DNA from: Klebsiella pneumoniae
Lineage (GTDB): Bacteria; Desulfobacterota; Binatia; UBA12015
NCBI GenBank assembly: GCA_945872365.1
Contig: CAMBZJ010000004.1
Coordinates: 68,265-132,264 of the forward strand
Direction of reading: 5' to 3'
Length of the DNA stretch: 64,000 nucleotides
The position numbers and the translations under genes were made by a program. Numbering within the stretch: the first letter of the stretch is position 1; each line of letters starts with the position of its first letter. This document shows positions 41,153 to 50,236 of this stretch, piece after piece. A model generated the notes under the pieces. It worked only from the letters and a program-made list of their open reading frames with translations, did no database searches and was not told the DNA's origin.

Positions 41153-42516
41153 TGCGGCGGGTCGACGAGAGTCCTGGCCGCGAAGCGGCACGGGGGTCGG
41201 TCGAATGGGCGTCGTGCGAAACCTCCCGGGAAGTCTCTCCCGTGGGCTTCCTGCGCGCCTTTCCCGACGAGCACCAGTTCCTGTGGTCCAGGGGCTCGAC
41301 AGGCGAAGCGATCGCCGCGGTCGGCCGGGTCGTTGGCTGGCGCGCTTGCGGGCCTGGACGATTCGGCGACGTCGCCGCTGCCATGCGCCACGCCTTCGCA
41401 GGTTCGACCGGGCCGGGGGCCGACCATGCCCTCGCGGTAGGCGGATTTGCCTTCGACGAGAACCACGTTGAGGGCGCCGACTGGCAGGGGTTCCCGGCCA
41501 CCGACTGGCTGTTTCCCCGCCTGGCACTGGTTCGACGTGCGGGTGTGACGCGACTGGTCGCGGCGGCGGCTTCGTGCGAATCGTCCGGAAATCCCTCCGG
41601 CACCGCGCGATCCGTCGCCGAAGCCGCCCTTCGCCGGCTCGCGACGGGACCCGATCGCTCCGGGGTGGCGCCACCCTCGGCCGGGTCGTCGGCTCGCTTC
41701 GAGATCGCCGCCACTTCTTCGGCTGACGACTGGCGCGGTGCGGTCGAGTCGCTACTGGCTCGCATCGCCGCAGGGTCCCTCGACAAGCTGGTTCTCGCCC
41801 GCTCGATTCGCGTATTCTCTGAACGGGTCTTCGATCCCCTGCGCGTCGTCGAGCGACTCGCCGAGGCCCATCCCGATTGCGCGACGTTCGCGGTCCGGCG
41901 GGGCCCGGCGACGCTCGTCGGTGCCACACCGGAGCGGTTGGTGCGGGTCCGGCAGCACGGCGTGGATGTTTCGGTTCTCGCGGGTACGGCGCGGCGAGGC
42001 GAGTCGAGGACCGACGACCGCGCACGCGGGCTCGCGCTGCTTGCCGCGGCAAAGGAGCGGCATGAGCACGCGCTCGTTCTCTCGGCCGTCCGCGAGGCGC
42101 TCGGGCCCCTGTGCGCTCGTGTCGCCTCCCCTGAGGCCCCGCGACTGTTGCGGACCCAGGCGGTGCAGCATCTCTGGACTCCGGTGCGAGGGGTCCTGCG
42201 GCCGGAGGCCGGGCTCTTCGACTGCGTCGCTGCCCTCCACCCGACGCCGGCCGTCTGCGGGACGCCTCGCGAGACGGCTCGCTCGCTCATCGAGTCGTCG
42301 GAAGGCCTTGCGCGGGGTTGGTGGTCGGGAGGCGTCGGCTGGAGCGATGGCCGCGGAGGCGAGGTTTCCGTCGTCCTGCGAAGTGCCTTGCTGCGCGATC
42401 GAGAGGCGCTTCTTTGCGCGGGAGCGGGAATCGTCGCCGGTTCACACTGGGAGGACGAACTCGAGGAGACCCGTCTCAAGTTGCGCCCCATGCTCGCGGC
42501 GCTTGTCGAGGTGTGA
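41152..42516 (+). CDS. menF: Isochorismate synthase (menaquinone-specific)
   Basis: Chorismate-binding C-terminal domain (PTPAVCGTPRETA...GWWSGGVGW...). TGATG overlap with ubiE. Confidence 0.85.
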   Translation: MRRVDESPGREAARGSVEWASCETSREVSPVGFLRAFPDEHQFLWSRGSTGEAIAAVGRVVGWRACGPGRFGDVAAAMRHAFAGSTGPGADHALAVGGFAFDENHVEGADWQGFPATDWLFPRLALVRRAGVTRLVAAAASCESSGNPSGTARSVAEAALRRLATGPDRSGVAPPSAGSSARFEIAATSSADDWRGAVESLLARIAAGSLDKLVLARSIRVFSERVFDPLRVVERLAEAHPDCATFAVRRGPATLVGATPERLVRVRQHGVDVSVLAGTARRGESRTDDRARGLALLAAAKERHEHALVLSAVREALGPLCARVASPEAPRLLRTQAVQHLWTPVRGVLRPEAGLFDCVAALHPTPAVCGTPRETARSLIESSEGLARGWWSGGVGWSDGRGGEVSVVLRSALLRDREALLCAGAGIVAGSHWEDELEETRLKLRPMLAALVEV

Positions 42517-42517
42517 G

Positions 42518-44311
42518 GTGGAGTCTCTCTCCGCCATCCCCAACCGCAGTTTCCTCGCACCGAAGGTGCTCGCGGCCGGCCTCGCGAATGCCGGTGTGAG
42601 CGACGTCTGCATCTCGCCCGGAAGTCGGTCGGCCCCACTCGCGCTCGCGTTTGCCGGGCAGGCCGGACTGCGCTGCTGGTCGCACGTGGACGAGCGCTCG
42701 GGGGCGTTCTTCGCACTCGGTCTCGCACGCGCCTCGCGCCGCCCTGTGGCCGTGCTGTGCACGTCGGGGACGGCGGCCGCGAACTTCCTGCCCGCCGTCG
42801 TCGAAGCGTGGCATGCGCGGGTCCCGCTCGTCGTGCTCACCGCCGACCGGCCTCCCGAGTTGCGCGATTGTGGCGCCGGACAGACGATCGATCAGCATCG
42901 GATCTTCGGGTCGCATGTACGCTGGTTCGTCGAGGTGTCGATCCCCGAACCTAGCGTCGAGGCCGTTCGGTGGCTTCGAAGTCTTGCCGGGCGGGCGGTC
43001 GCGGAAGCGCTCGGGCCGCCGGCCGGCCCGGTTCACCTGAACGTCCCGCTGCGTGAACCGCTCGTGCCCGTGGTGATTGCCGGCGACGTGCCCGAGGAAG
43101 TTGCGCGGTTCGCGACTTCGAGTCAGGCTGCGTTCCGACGCGCCGACAGCCCCCGACTGCGGGCCGACCGCGCCGCCATCGAAGCGGCTGCGTCCTCCCT
43201 CGTCGAATCTCGCCGCCCGATTCTCGTCGCCGGTCCGCTCGACGATCCCGATCCGGACCTGCCGGGTGCGGTCGCGGCGCTGGCCGACGCAATCGGTGCA
43301 CCGGTTCTCGCCGAACCGGCTTCGAATCTGCGTCGACCGGCCCTCGATGGCCGGCTGGTGGAGGCGCACGAGGCACTCCTGCGGACGCCGCACTTCGCGG
43401 AGTCCCACGAGTTCGACGCGGTGATTCGCCTCGGCGCGCCGCCGACGTCGAAATCGCTCGCCACGCGCTTGTGGTCCCGGGACGGCGTACCGCACGTCCT
43501 CCTCGACGGCGCGGACGGATGGCCCGACCCGGCGGCGGTGGCGACACACGTTCTTCGGTCGGAACCGACGATCGCCTGTGCGGACCTCGCGTGCGCAATC
43601 AGAGCGATCCGACCCGGCGAGCCTGCCGCGGATCCTGCCTGGCGGTCGTCGTGGACGGGTGCAGGCGAGTGCGCACGTCGGACCCTCGCCGAGGCTCGCA
43701 CCGGCGACAGCTTCGCGCACGAGGCGCATGTGATCGGAGCCCTCGCCGAAGCGCTTCCGGCTGGCGCACTGCTCTACGTCGGAAACAGCCTGGCGATCCG
43801 CGCGCTCGACTGGTTCTGGCCAGCCGATGCACCGCGCGTGCGCGTGCTGGCCAACCGCGGTGCGAACGGGATCGACGGCTTTGCGTCGAGTGTTCTCGGT
43901 GCGGCCGCGGCGTCGGTCGGACCGGTCGTCGGACTCTGCGGCGATCTCACGTTCTACCATGACCTGAACGGCCTGATGGCAATCCGGCGCTACGGGCTTC
44001 GGGTCGTCCTCGTGGTCATGAACAACGACGGTGGTGGCATCTTCGACTACCTGCCCGTGGCCGATCAGCCGCAGTACTACGAGGAGTTTTTCGCGACCCC
44101 CCACGGACTCGATTTTCGTCCAGTCGTCGAGATGTACGGGGCGGCTTTCGATCGCGTGAGTTCGCCTGCCGCGATCGCGGGAGCGATCCGCACCGCGCTG
44201 CGAGCGCCTGGATCAACGGTCGTCGAGGTTTCCCTGGATCGCCGTCTCGGGGTGGCTGCGCACCGGCGCGGTTGGGAAACCGTGCGCCTGGCCCTGGAGA
44301 AGGCGACATGA
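42518..44311 (+). CDS. menD: 2-succinyl-5-enolpyruvyl-6-hydroxy-3-cyclohexene-1-carboxylate synthase
   Basis: ThDP enzyme; ISPGSRSAPLALAF, CTSGTAAANFLPAVVEA, ...VVMNNDGGGIF. GTG start directly after the menF stop. Confidence 0.88.
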   Translation: MESLSAIPNRSFLAPKVLAAGLANAGVSDVCISPGSRSAPLALAFAGQAGLRCWSHVDERSGAFFALGLARASRRPVAVLCTSGTAAANFLPAVVEAWHARVPLVVLTADRPPELRDCGAGQTIDQHRIFGSHVRWFVEVSIPEPSVEAVRWLRSLAGRAVAEALGPPAGPVHLNVPLREPLVPVVIAGDVPEEVARFATSSQAAFRRADSPRLRADRAAIEAAASSLVESRRPILVAGPLDDPDPDLPGAVAALADAIGAPVLAEPASNLRRPALDGRLVEAHEALLRTPHFAESHEFDAVIRLGAPPTSKSLATRLWSRDGVPHVLLDGADGWPDPAAVATHVLRSEPTIACADLACAIRAIRPGEPAADPAWRSSWTGAGECARRTLAEARTGDSFAHEAHVIGALAEALPAGALLYVGNSLAIRALDWFWPADAPRVRVLANRGANGIDGFASSVLGAAAASVGPVVGLCGDLTFYHDLNGLMAIRRYGLRVVLVVMNNDGGGIFDYLPVADQPQYYEEFFATPHGLDFRPVVEMYGAAFDRVSSPAAIAGAIRTALRAPGSTVVEVSLDRRLGVAAHRRGWETVRLALEKAT

Positions 44312-45159
44312 AGCGCCCGGGCGCGGTGGGAAGCGCTGCTCGGCCCGAGGCACTGTCGTTTTGCCTGCACGGCGAGGGGCCGGCGCTCGTTCTGCTCCAC
44401 GGCTTCACCGGGAGTGCCTCGTCTTGGGACCCGGTCTTGATCGACGATCTCGGGAAAGCGCCGCGGACGATCATCGCGGTCGATTTGCCCGGGCACGGTG
44501 GTTCGCCTCTGCCCAGTCCGGGGGACCGACTCGGCGAGGTGGCCGATGCCGCGGTCTCCGTCCTCGACGAAGTGGGTGTCGAGCGGGCGGACTGGCTCGG
44601 CTACTCGCTGGGGGGCCGTGCGGCTCTGCACGTGGTGTTGCGACACCCGGACCGGGTGAATCGGCTCGTCCTCGAAGGTGCTTCGCCCGGGATCGCCGAT
44701 CGGGCGCAACGATCGGCCCGTGCCGAGGAAGATGCACGGCTCGCCAAGTCGATTGAAAGCGACGGGTTGTCCGCTTTCGTCGATCGATGGATGGCGCAGC
44801 CGATCTTCGCGACCCAACGGACCCTGCCGGTCGACGTGCGCGAGCGTGAACGTGAGAATCGTCTAGCCGGCTCGGCCCACGGCTACGCGGCAGCGCTGCG
44901 CTCGATGGGCACCGGGGTGCAGGAGCCCCTCTGGCAGGCACTCGGGGCGGTCGTAGCACCCGTCCTGCTCGTCGCCGGGGAGCACGACGAGAAGTTTCGC
45001 AGGCTCGCCGTCGACATGGCGGAAGCTCTGCCATGCGCGAGGCTCGAGATCGTCGCCGGGGCAGGTCATGCAGCTCACCTCGAGCGGCCGCGCGCCTTCG
45101 CCGCGACCGTCAGGCGTTTTCTCGACGAGCGAAGGCAGGACGGCCACGCGGCCGCCTGA
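44308..45159 (+). CDS. menH: SHCHC synthase (alpha/beta hydrolase)
   Basis: [14 protein letters not shown]...[10 protein letters not shown] nucleophile elbow. ATGA overlap with menD. Confidence 0.8.
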   Translation: MKRPGAVGSAARPEALSFCLHGEGPALVLLHGFTGSASSWDPVLIDDLGKAPRTIIAVDLPGHGGSPLPSPGDRLGEVADAAVSVLDEVGVERADWLGYSLGGRAALHVVLRHPDRVNRLVLEGASPGIADRAQRSARAEEDARLAKSIESDGLSAFVDRWMAQPIFATQRTLPVDVRERERENRLAGSAHGYAAALRSMGTGVQEPLWQALGAVVAPVLLVAGEHDEKFRRLAVDMAEALPCARLEIVAGAGHAAHLERPRAFAATVRRFLDERRQDGHAAA

Positions 45160-45196
45160 GCAGGACCGTCCGCATCACGAAGGAGGAATATTCGAC

Positions 45197-46015
45197 ATGG
45201 ACATCGCCTGGCGCAGCATGCGCAACTACGAGGACATCCGCTACGAGGTCGCAGACGGGATCGCCAAGATCACCATCGACAGGCCGGAGGTGAGGAACGC
45301 CTTCCGTCCGAAAACCCTTTTCGAACTCGCCGAAGCCTTCAACGCCGCCCGCGACGATTCCTCGGTAGGCGTCATCATCCTGACCGGAGAGGGGGATCTG
45401 GCGTTCTGCTCCGGGGGCGACCAACGCATCCGGGGCGAAGCGGGCTACGTGGGCGAGGATGGCGTGGCGCGGCTCAACGTCCTCGACCTGCAGCGCCAGA
45501 TCCGGACGTTGCCGAAACCGGTCATTGCCATGGTCGCGGGCTATGCGATCGGTGGCGGGCACGTGCTCCACGTGGTCTGCGACCTCACGATCGCCGCCGA
45601 CAACGCGATCTTCGGGCAAACCGGGCCGAAGGTCGGGTCCTTTGATGGTGGCTACGGCGCCGGTTACCTCGCGCGCATCGTCGGCCACAAGAAGGCTCGC
45701 GAAATCTGGTACCTCTGCCGACAATACGACGCGCGGCAGGCGCAGGAAATGGGACTCGTGAATCATGTCGTCCCGCTCGCAAGGCTGGAGGAGGAGACAG
45801 TCGCCTGGTGCCGCGAGATCCTCCAGAAGAGTCCGCTGGCCTTGCGCTGTCTCAAGGCCGCGTTCAATGCCGACACCGACGGACTCGCAGGTCTCCAGGA
45901 ACTCGCCGGCAACGCGACGCTGCTCTACTACATGTCCGAGGAAGCCAGGGAAGGAAAGACGGCCTTCCTCGAAAAGCGGCGTCCGGAGTTCGAAAGATTC
46001 CCGAGACTCCCGTGA
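45197..46015 (+). CDS. menB: 1,4-dihydroxy-2-naphthoyl-CoA synthase
   Basis: Crotonase fold; [14 protein letters not shown]...[25 protein letters not shown] at 45181. Confidence 0.93.
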   Translation: MDIAWRSMRNYEDIRYEVADGIAKITIDRPEVRNAFRPKTLFELAEAFNAARDDSSVGVIILTGEGDLAFCSGGDQRIRGEAGYVGEDGVARLNVLDLQRQIRTLPKPVIAMVAGYAIGGGHVLHVVCDLTIAADNAIFGQTGPKVGSFDGGYGAGYLARIVGHKKAREIWYLCRQYDARQAQEMGLVNHVVPLARLEEETVAWCREILQKSPLALRCLKAAFNADTDGLAGLQELAGNATLLYYMSEEAREGKTAFLEKRRPEFERFPRLP

Positions 46016-46929
46016 GCGACGCGGCGAGCCTCGGGGGCGATCGGCCCGGCCGCAGAATCCGGATCTGGCTCGACGCCGCTCGACCGCGGACGCTCCCGGC
46101 CGCGTTCGTACCGGTGTTGGTGGGCACGGCGGCGTCGGCGAACGCCGGTGCATGGCGGCCAGAGACGGCCCTGCTCGCGCTGGCGAGCATGCTGCTGCTT
46201 CAGGTCGGGACGAACTTCCTGAACGATTGGGGCGACGCGCGGCGTGGCGCCGACGGAGAGGATCGCATCGGTCCGATCCGCGCGGTCCAGAGCGGGCTCC
46301 TTTCCCGCGAAGCCATGCTCGGGGGTGCGCTCGTCGCCTTCGCGAGCGCTTGTGCGATCGGGCTGCTGCTCGTGGCGCGCGGTGGCTGGCCCATCCTGGT
46401 GGCGGGATTGATCGGGCTTCTGGCCGGCGCTGGCTACACGGCCGGTCCCTATCCCTTTGCCTATCACGCATTGGGTGAGGTCGTCGTCTTCGTCGCCTTC
46501 GGTCCCCTCGCGGTCTGCGCGACCGAGTGGCTGCAACGGGGGGCCGTCTCGGCCGTGGGCGCCATCGCCTCGGTGGCAGTCGGGTTACTCGCCTCGGCGA
46601 TCCTCGTCGTGAACAACCTCCGCGACATCGAGAGCGATCGACGGGTCGGGAAGTACACGATCGCCGTCGCGCTGGGGGCCCCGGCGATGCGGTTCGTCTA
46701 TGTCGGCCTGCTGGGCGCGGCCGCGTGTGTCCCGTTGCTGCTCGCTTCGGGCGGGTTCACCTCCGGGCGCGTGCTGATCTCGTGGGGCGCGTTCCCGCTC
46801 GCAGTCGAGCCGTTGCGCGCGGTATTCGGCCCCCCCGACGGTCCGACGCTGAACGCGGCGCTGGCCGCGACCGCACGTTTCCTCCTCGTCTTCGGCGGGC
46901 TTCTGTCGCTCGGGCTCGTGGCAGGTTGA
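46012..46929 (+). CDS. menA: 1,4-dihydroxy-2-naphthoate octaprenyltransferase
   Basis: UbiA-family TM protein with [11 protein letters not shown] motif. GTGA overlap with menB. Confidence 0.88.
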   Translation: MSDAASLGGDRPGRRIRIWLDAARPRTLPAAFVPVLVGTAASANAGAWRPETALLALASMLLLQVGTNFLNDWGDARRGADGEDRIGPIRAVQSGLLSREAMLGGALVAFASACAIGLLLVARGGWPILVAGLIGLLAGAGYTAGPYPFAYHALGEVVVFVAFGPLAVCATEWLQRGAVSAVGAIASVAVGLLASAILVVNNLRDIESDRRVGKYTIAVALGAPAMRFVYVGLLGAAACVPLLLASGGFTSGRVLISWGAFPLAVEPLRAVFGPPDGPTLNAALAATARFLLVFGGLLSLGLVAG

Positions 46930-46966
46930 CCATGGGCCTCGGGTACGGTTCGAGGCGCTGTCTACC

Positions 46967-48055
46967 GTGAGAATCGCGCAGGTCGAGTTGGTTCCGTACG
47001 CGATTGCGCTGCGCGAGCCGATCGTCACGACGTTCGGTGCGATCACCCGGCGACGTGGCGCGATCATTCGCCTCGTCGTCGACGGGCCTGCGGGCGGAAG
47101 CGGGGAGGAAGGCCTCGGCGACTTCTCTCCCCACCCGGCCGCCTCGGATCAATCGATACGGCTTGCGTGGCGGGCCGCAAGCCGCGCGGCGCTCGATCTC
47201 CGCGGCGCGGACGTGTCGCGCATCGACGAAGTGCTGCGCGCTGCGCGACGCCTACCACCGTCGGCGGCGATGGCCCTCGACCTCGCACTGGTCGACTTGA
47301 AGGCCCGCATCGAGGGCCGCCGGCTGTGCGACACGCTGGGTGGCGCACGTCGCGACTCCGTCGCCACGAGCCACCTCCTGGGTGCCGACCCGGAGAGCGA
47401 CGCCCGGCGCGCTCTCGATTCCGGCTATACGGCGATGAAGCTCAAGGCGGACGGGCAGGTCGATACGACCGTGCGTCGTGTGCGGGAGGTTCTCCGGGTG
47501 GCGCCCGGGGTCGCGTTGCGCGTGGACGTCAACGGCGCGTGGTCAGTGAGGCAAGCGTTGCGAGCGGCGTCTCTCCTTTCGGGAGAGGTGGAGTGGCTGG
47601 AACAGCCGGTGGCCCCTGAAGACGTCGCGGGACTCGCTTGCGTCCGTCGTGCGGGGCACCTGAAGGTCGCAGCCGACGAGTCCGTGACCGACGTCGGCTC
47701 GGTCGAGGATCTCGAGCGGCATGGCGCGGCCGATGTCGTGGTAATCAAGCTCGTCCAGGTAGGCGGGTGGTCACGCGCGATCGAGGTCGCCGCGGCCGCT
47801 CGCCGGGCCGGGATGGGCGTCACCGTCACGACGGCGATCGACTCGGGGCTGGCTGCCGCGGCAGCGCTGCACCTCGCGCTCGCGCTGCCGGAGCCCATGA
47901 TCGCGTGCGGCGTGGCCACCGGAAACTGCCTGACCGGTGACGTCGTCATCGACCCGGTGGCGGACGGACCCCGGATGGCCCCGCCGCCGGGCCCTGGTCT
48001 CGGCGTGCGTCTCGACCGTGCCGCTCTCGCGAGATTCCGGACGGAGCAGCCATGA
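46967..48055 (+). CDS. menC: o-succinylbenzoate synthase (enolase superfamily)
   Basis: GTG start; MKLKADG...VDVNGAW...KLVQVGG enolase-type motifs; context between menA and menE. Confidence 0.8.
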   Translation: MRIAQVELVPYAIALREPIVTTFGAITRRRGAIIRLVVDGPAGGSGEEGLGDFSPHPAASDQSIRLAWRAASRAALDLRGADVSRIDEVLRAARRLPPSAAMALDLALVDLKARIEGRRLCDTLGGARRDSVATSHLLGADPESDARRALDSGYTAMKLKADGQVDTTVRRVREVLRVAPGVALRVDVNGAWSVRQALRAASLLSGEVEWLEQPVAPEDVAGLACVRRAGHLKVAADESVTDVGSVEDLERHGAADVVVIKLVQVGGWSRAIEVAAAARRAGMGVTVTTAIDSGLAAAAALHLALALPEPMIACGVATGNCLTGDVVIDPVADGPRMAPPPGPGLGVRLDRAALARFRTEQP

Positions 48056-49632
48056 TCGCAGTCGACTGGCTCCGGAACGCCGCCCTGGCTCGGCCCGATG
48101 CCGTGGCCCTGGAGATGCCCGGGCGCCCACCGATGAGCTTCGCCCAACTCGAGGCGCGGGTCGTGCGGCTCGCCGGGGGGCTCGGTTCGGCTGGGTTTTC
48201 CGCGGGCGATCGTGTGGTTGCGGTTCTTCCGAACGGCGCTGCGATGGTCGAGTTACTGCATGCGGTCCCACGCCTCGGAGGGGTGCTCGTTCCGATCGAT
48301 CCCCGCTCGACCGCCGTGGAGATCGAGCGGGCCAGGTCCTTGGTCGGCGGGAAGTGGCTGCTCCTCGGACCCGGCGTCCCCGGAGCCGTCGAACGGTCGC
48401 CCTGGGAGGGCGAGGTGCGGCTGGTTCATGCACTCGAGGACGAGATCCTGGTCGATCCGGCGCCGTCGTGCGATTCCCTTGGCGCACCTCCACCTGCGGC
48501 GCTCGATCTCGATCGTCCGCACTCCGTCGTCTTCACCTCTGGAACCAGCGGGCGTCCGAGGGCGATCGTCCTGACGGCTCGGAATCTTCTCGCCAGCGCT
48601 CTTGCGAGCGCGGAGCGCCTGGGGATCCGCAGCGACGATCGATGGCTGTGCACCCTGCCGCTGCACCACGTCGGAGGACTCTCCGTGCTCGTGCGCAGCG
48701 TGATCCTGGGGTTCACGACCGTTCTCCATGGCCGTTTCGAGCCGAACGCGGTCGCCGAGGCGCTGATCGACGAAGGCGTGAACCTCGTCTCCCTCGTCCC
48801 GACGACGCTGCGGCGGACGATCGAGGCACTCGGGACTCGGGCGGCAGGGACCCGTCTTCGCGCGATCCTGCTCGGTGGTGCGGCGGCGTCGCCCGAACTG
48901 CTCGACCGGGCACGAGCCCTCGGGCTGCCGATTGCCCCTACCTACGGGATGACGGAGGCGGCCTCGCAGGTTGCAACGGCCGCGCCCGGTGACCCGTGCA
49001 TGGCAGAGGGCAAGGTGGGACGGCCCCTGCGGGGAGTCGTGATCCGGATCGTGCGAGGCGATGACGGGGTGGCATCACCCGGCGAGCCGGGCGAGATCCT
49101 GCTCGCAGGCCCGACGATCTCAGGCGGCGAGATGAACGCCGACGGCTCGATTCGCCGGACCCTCGTCGATGGCTGGTTGTGGACGGGCGACCTGGGCGTA
49201 CTCGACGGGAACGGGTGCTTGCGCATCCTCGGTCGTCGCGACGACATGATCGTGACCGGCGGCGAGAACGTCGCCCCCGACGAGGTGGAGGCCGCACTTC
49301 TCGCGCACCCATGGGTCGCAGAAGCCGGGGTGGCGGGGGAGCCCGATCCGGAGTGGGGTGAGGTGGTGGCTGCGTGGATCGTGCCGGGCCCGCGGATCCC
49401 GACCCTCGAGGACCTGCGCGCGCATTGCCGTGTGACGCTCGCGCCGCACAAGCTTCCGCGCCGTCTACACATCCTCGCATCGCTTCCACGAACATCGCTC
49501 GGCAAGCTCAGGCGCTCCGAGCTTCGAGGTACCTCGCTCGGCCCGGGACCCGGAACGACCCGAGCGGTCGCAGGCGTTGCGCATGAGAACGGTGCGGCTC
49601 CGCCATCCCTTGGCGTGAAGGTCCGCTCATGA
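48052..49632 (+). CDS. menE: o-succinylbenzoate--CoA ligase
   Basis: AMP-binding FTSGTSGRPRAIV...GMTEA...WLWTGDLG...GRRDDMIVTGGENV. Confidence 0.85.
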   Translation: MIAVDWLRNAALARPDAVALEMPGRPPMSFAQLEARVVRLAGGLGSAGFSAGDRVVAVLPNGAAMVELLHAVPRLGGVLVPIDPRSTAVEIERARSLVGGKWLLLGPGVPGAVERSPWEGEVRLVHALEDEILVDPAPSCDSLGAPPPAALDLDRPHSVVFTSGTSGRPRAIVLTARNLLASALASAERLGIRSDDRWLCTLPLHHVGGLSVLVRSVILGFTTVLHGRFEPNAVAEALIDEGVNLVSLVPTTLRRTIEALGTRAAGTRLRAILLGGAAASPELLDRARALGLPIAPTYGMTEAASQVATAAPGDPCMAEGKVGRPLRGVVIRIVRGDDGVASPGEPGEILLAGPTISGGEMNADGSIRRTLVDGWLWTGDLGVLDGNGCLRILGRRDDMIVTGGENVAPDEVEAALLAHPWVAEAGVAGEPDPEWGEVVAAWIVPGPRIPTLEDLRAHCRVTLAPHKLPRRLHILASLPRTSLGKLRRSELRGTSLGPGPGTTRAVAGVAHENGAAPPSLGVKVRS

Positions 49633-49648
49633 TGGCCGCCGGCCTGCG

Positions 49649-50117
49649 GTGAGAATGCACCCGGCGAACCGAGGAGTGCTCCGGCTCGTGCTGCTCGCGA
49701 TGCTTGTCGGGGTTCTGGCCGGTGCACGCGTCGGCAGGGCAGGGACGGGCGCCCCCGGGCCGGAAATGGGCCCTCGAGGGCAGGACAACTGGGCGCGCCT
49801 CCTGCTGGTCGGCGACTCGATCGTCGCCGGCGTACCAGGGGAAACGTCGGAGTCTGGCCTGCCGGCCCGGGTCCAGGCGATGCTTCAACACTGGGTCGTC
49901 TGACCGTATCCACCCCAACGACGCAGGCATGCAGGTGCTCGGCCGCAGGCTCGGCGCGGAACTCGACAAGATCCTGGAAAACGAACGAACACGCTCTCAG
50001 GCGGGACGCCGTGACCAGCGCCACCCGGCTTCGAGTTTCAAGGGCCAGCCACCCTCGCCGGGTGCGACGGCGAGGCCGCCCTCGGGGCCCGCCGTGGAAG
50101 CCCGTCCACCGGAGTAG
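49649..50117 (+). pseudogene. Disrupted SGNH/GDSL hydrolase
   Basis: Block I (LLLVGDSIVAG) with N-terminal signal-like region is in one frame (49649..49903). Block V (DRIHPNDAGMQVLGRRL, DxxH) is in another frame (from ~49892). They are separated by only ~35 codons instead of the usual ~100, with a frameshift/stop between them. Confidence 0.55.
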
Positions 50118-50186
50118 CCCCCGGGTAGGACGCCCGTCGTCCATCGCCGAGGTGCTCGCGGTCGGCGGCCGTCGTCGATCAAGGCC

Positions 50187-50219
50187 GAGGCGAGGACGTT
50201 ATCGATCCGTCCTCGCCTC
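50187..50219. terminator. Perfect 12-bp GC-rich hairpin downstream of the CocE/NonD gene (terminator-like, no U tract)
   Basis: GAGGCGAGGACG-TTATCGATC-CGTCCTCGCCTC. Confidence 0.35.
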
Positions 50220-50236
50220 GACCGCTCTTCCATCCG

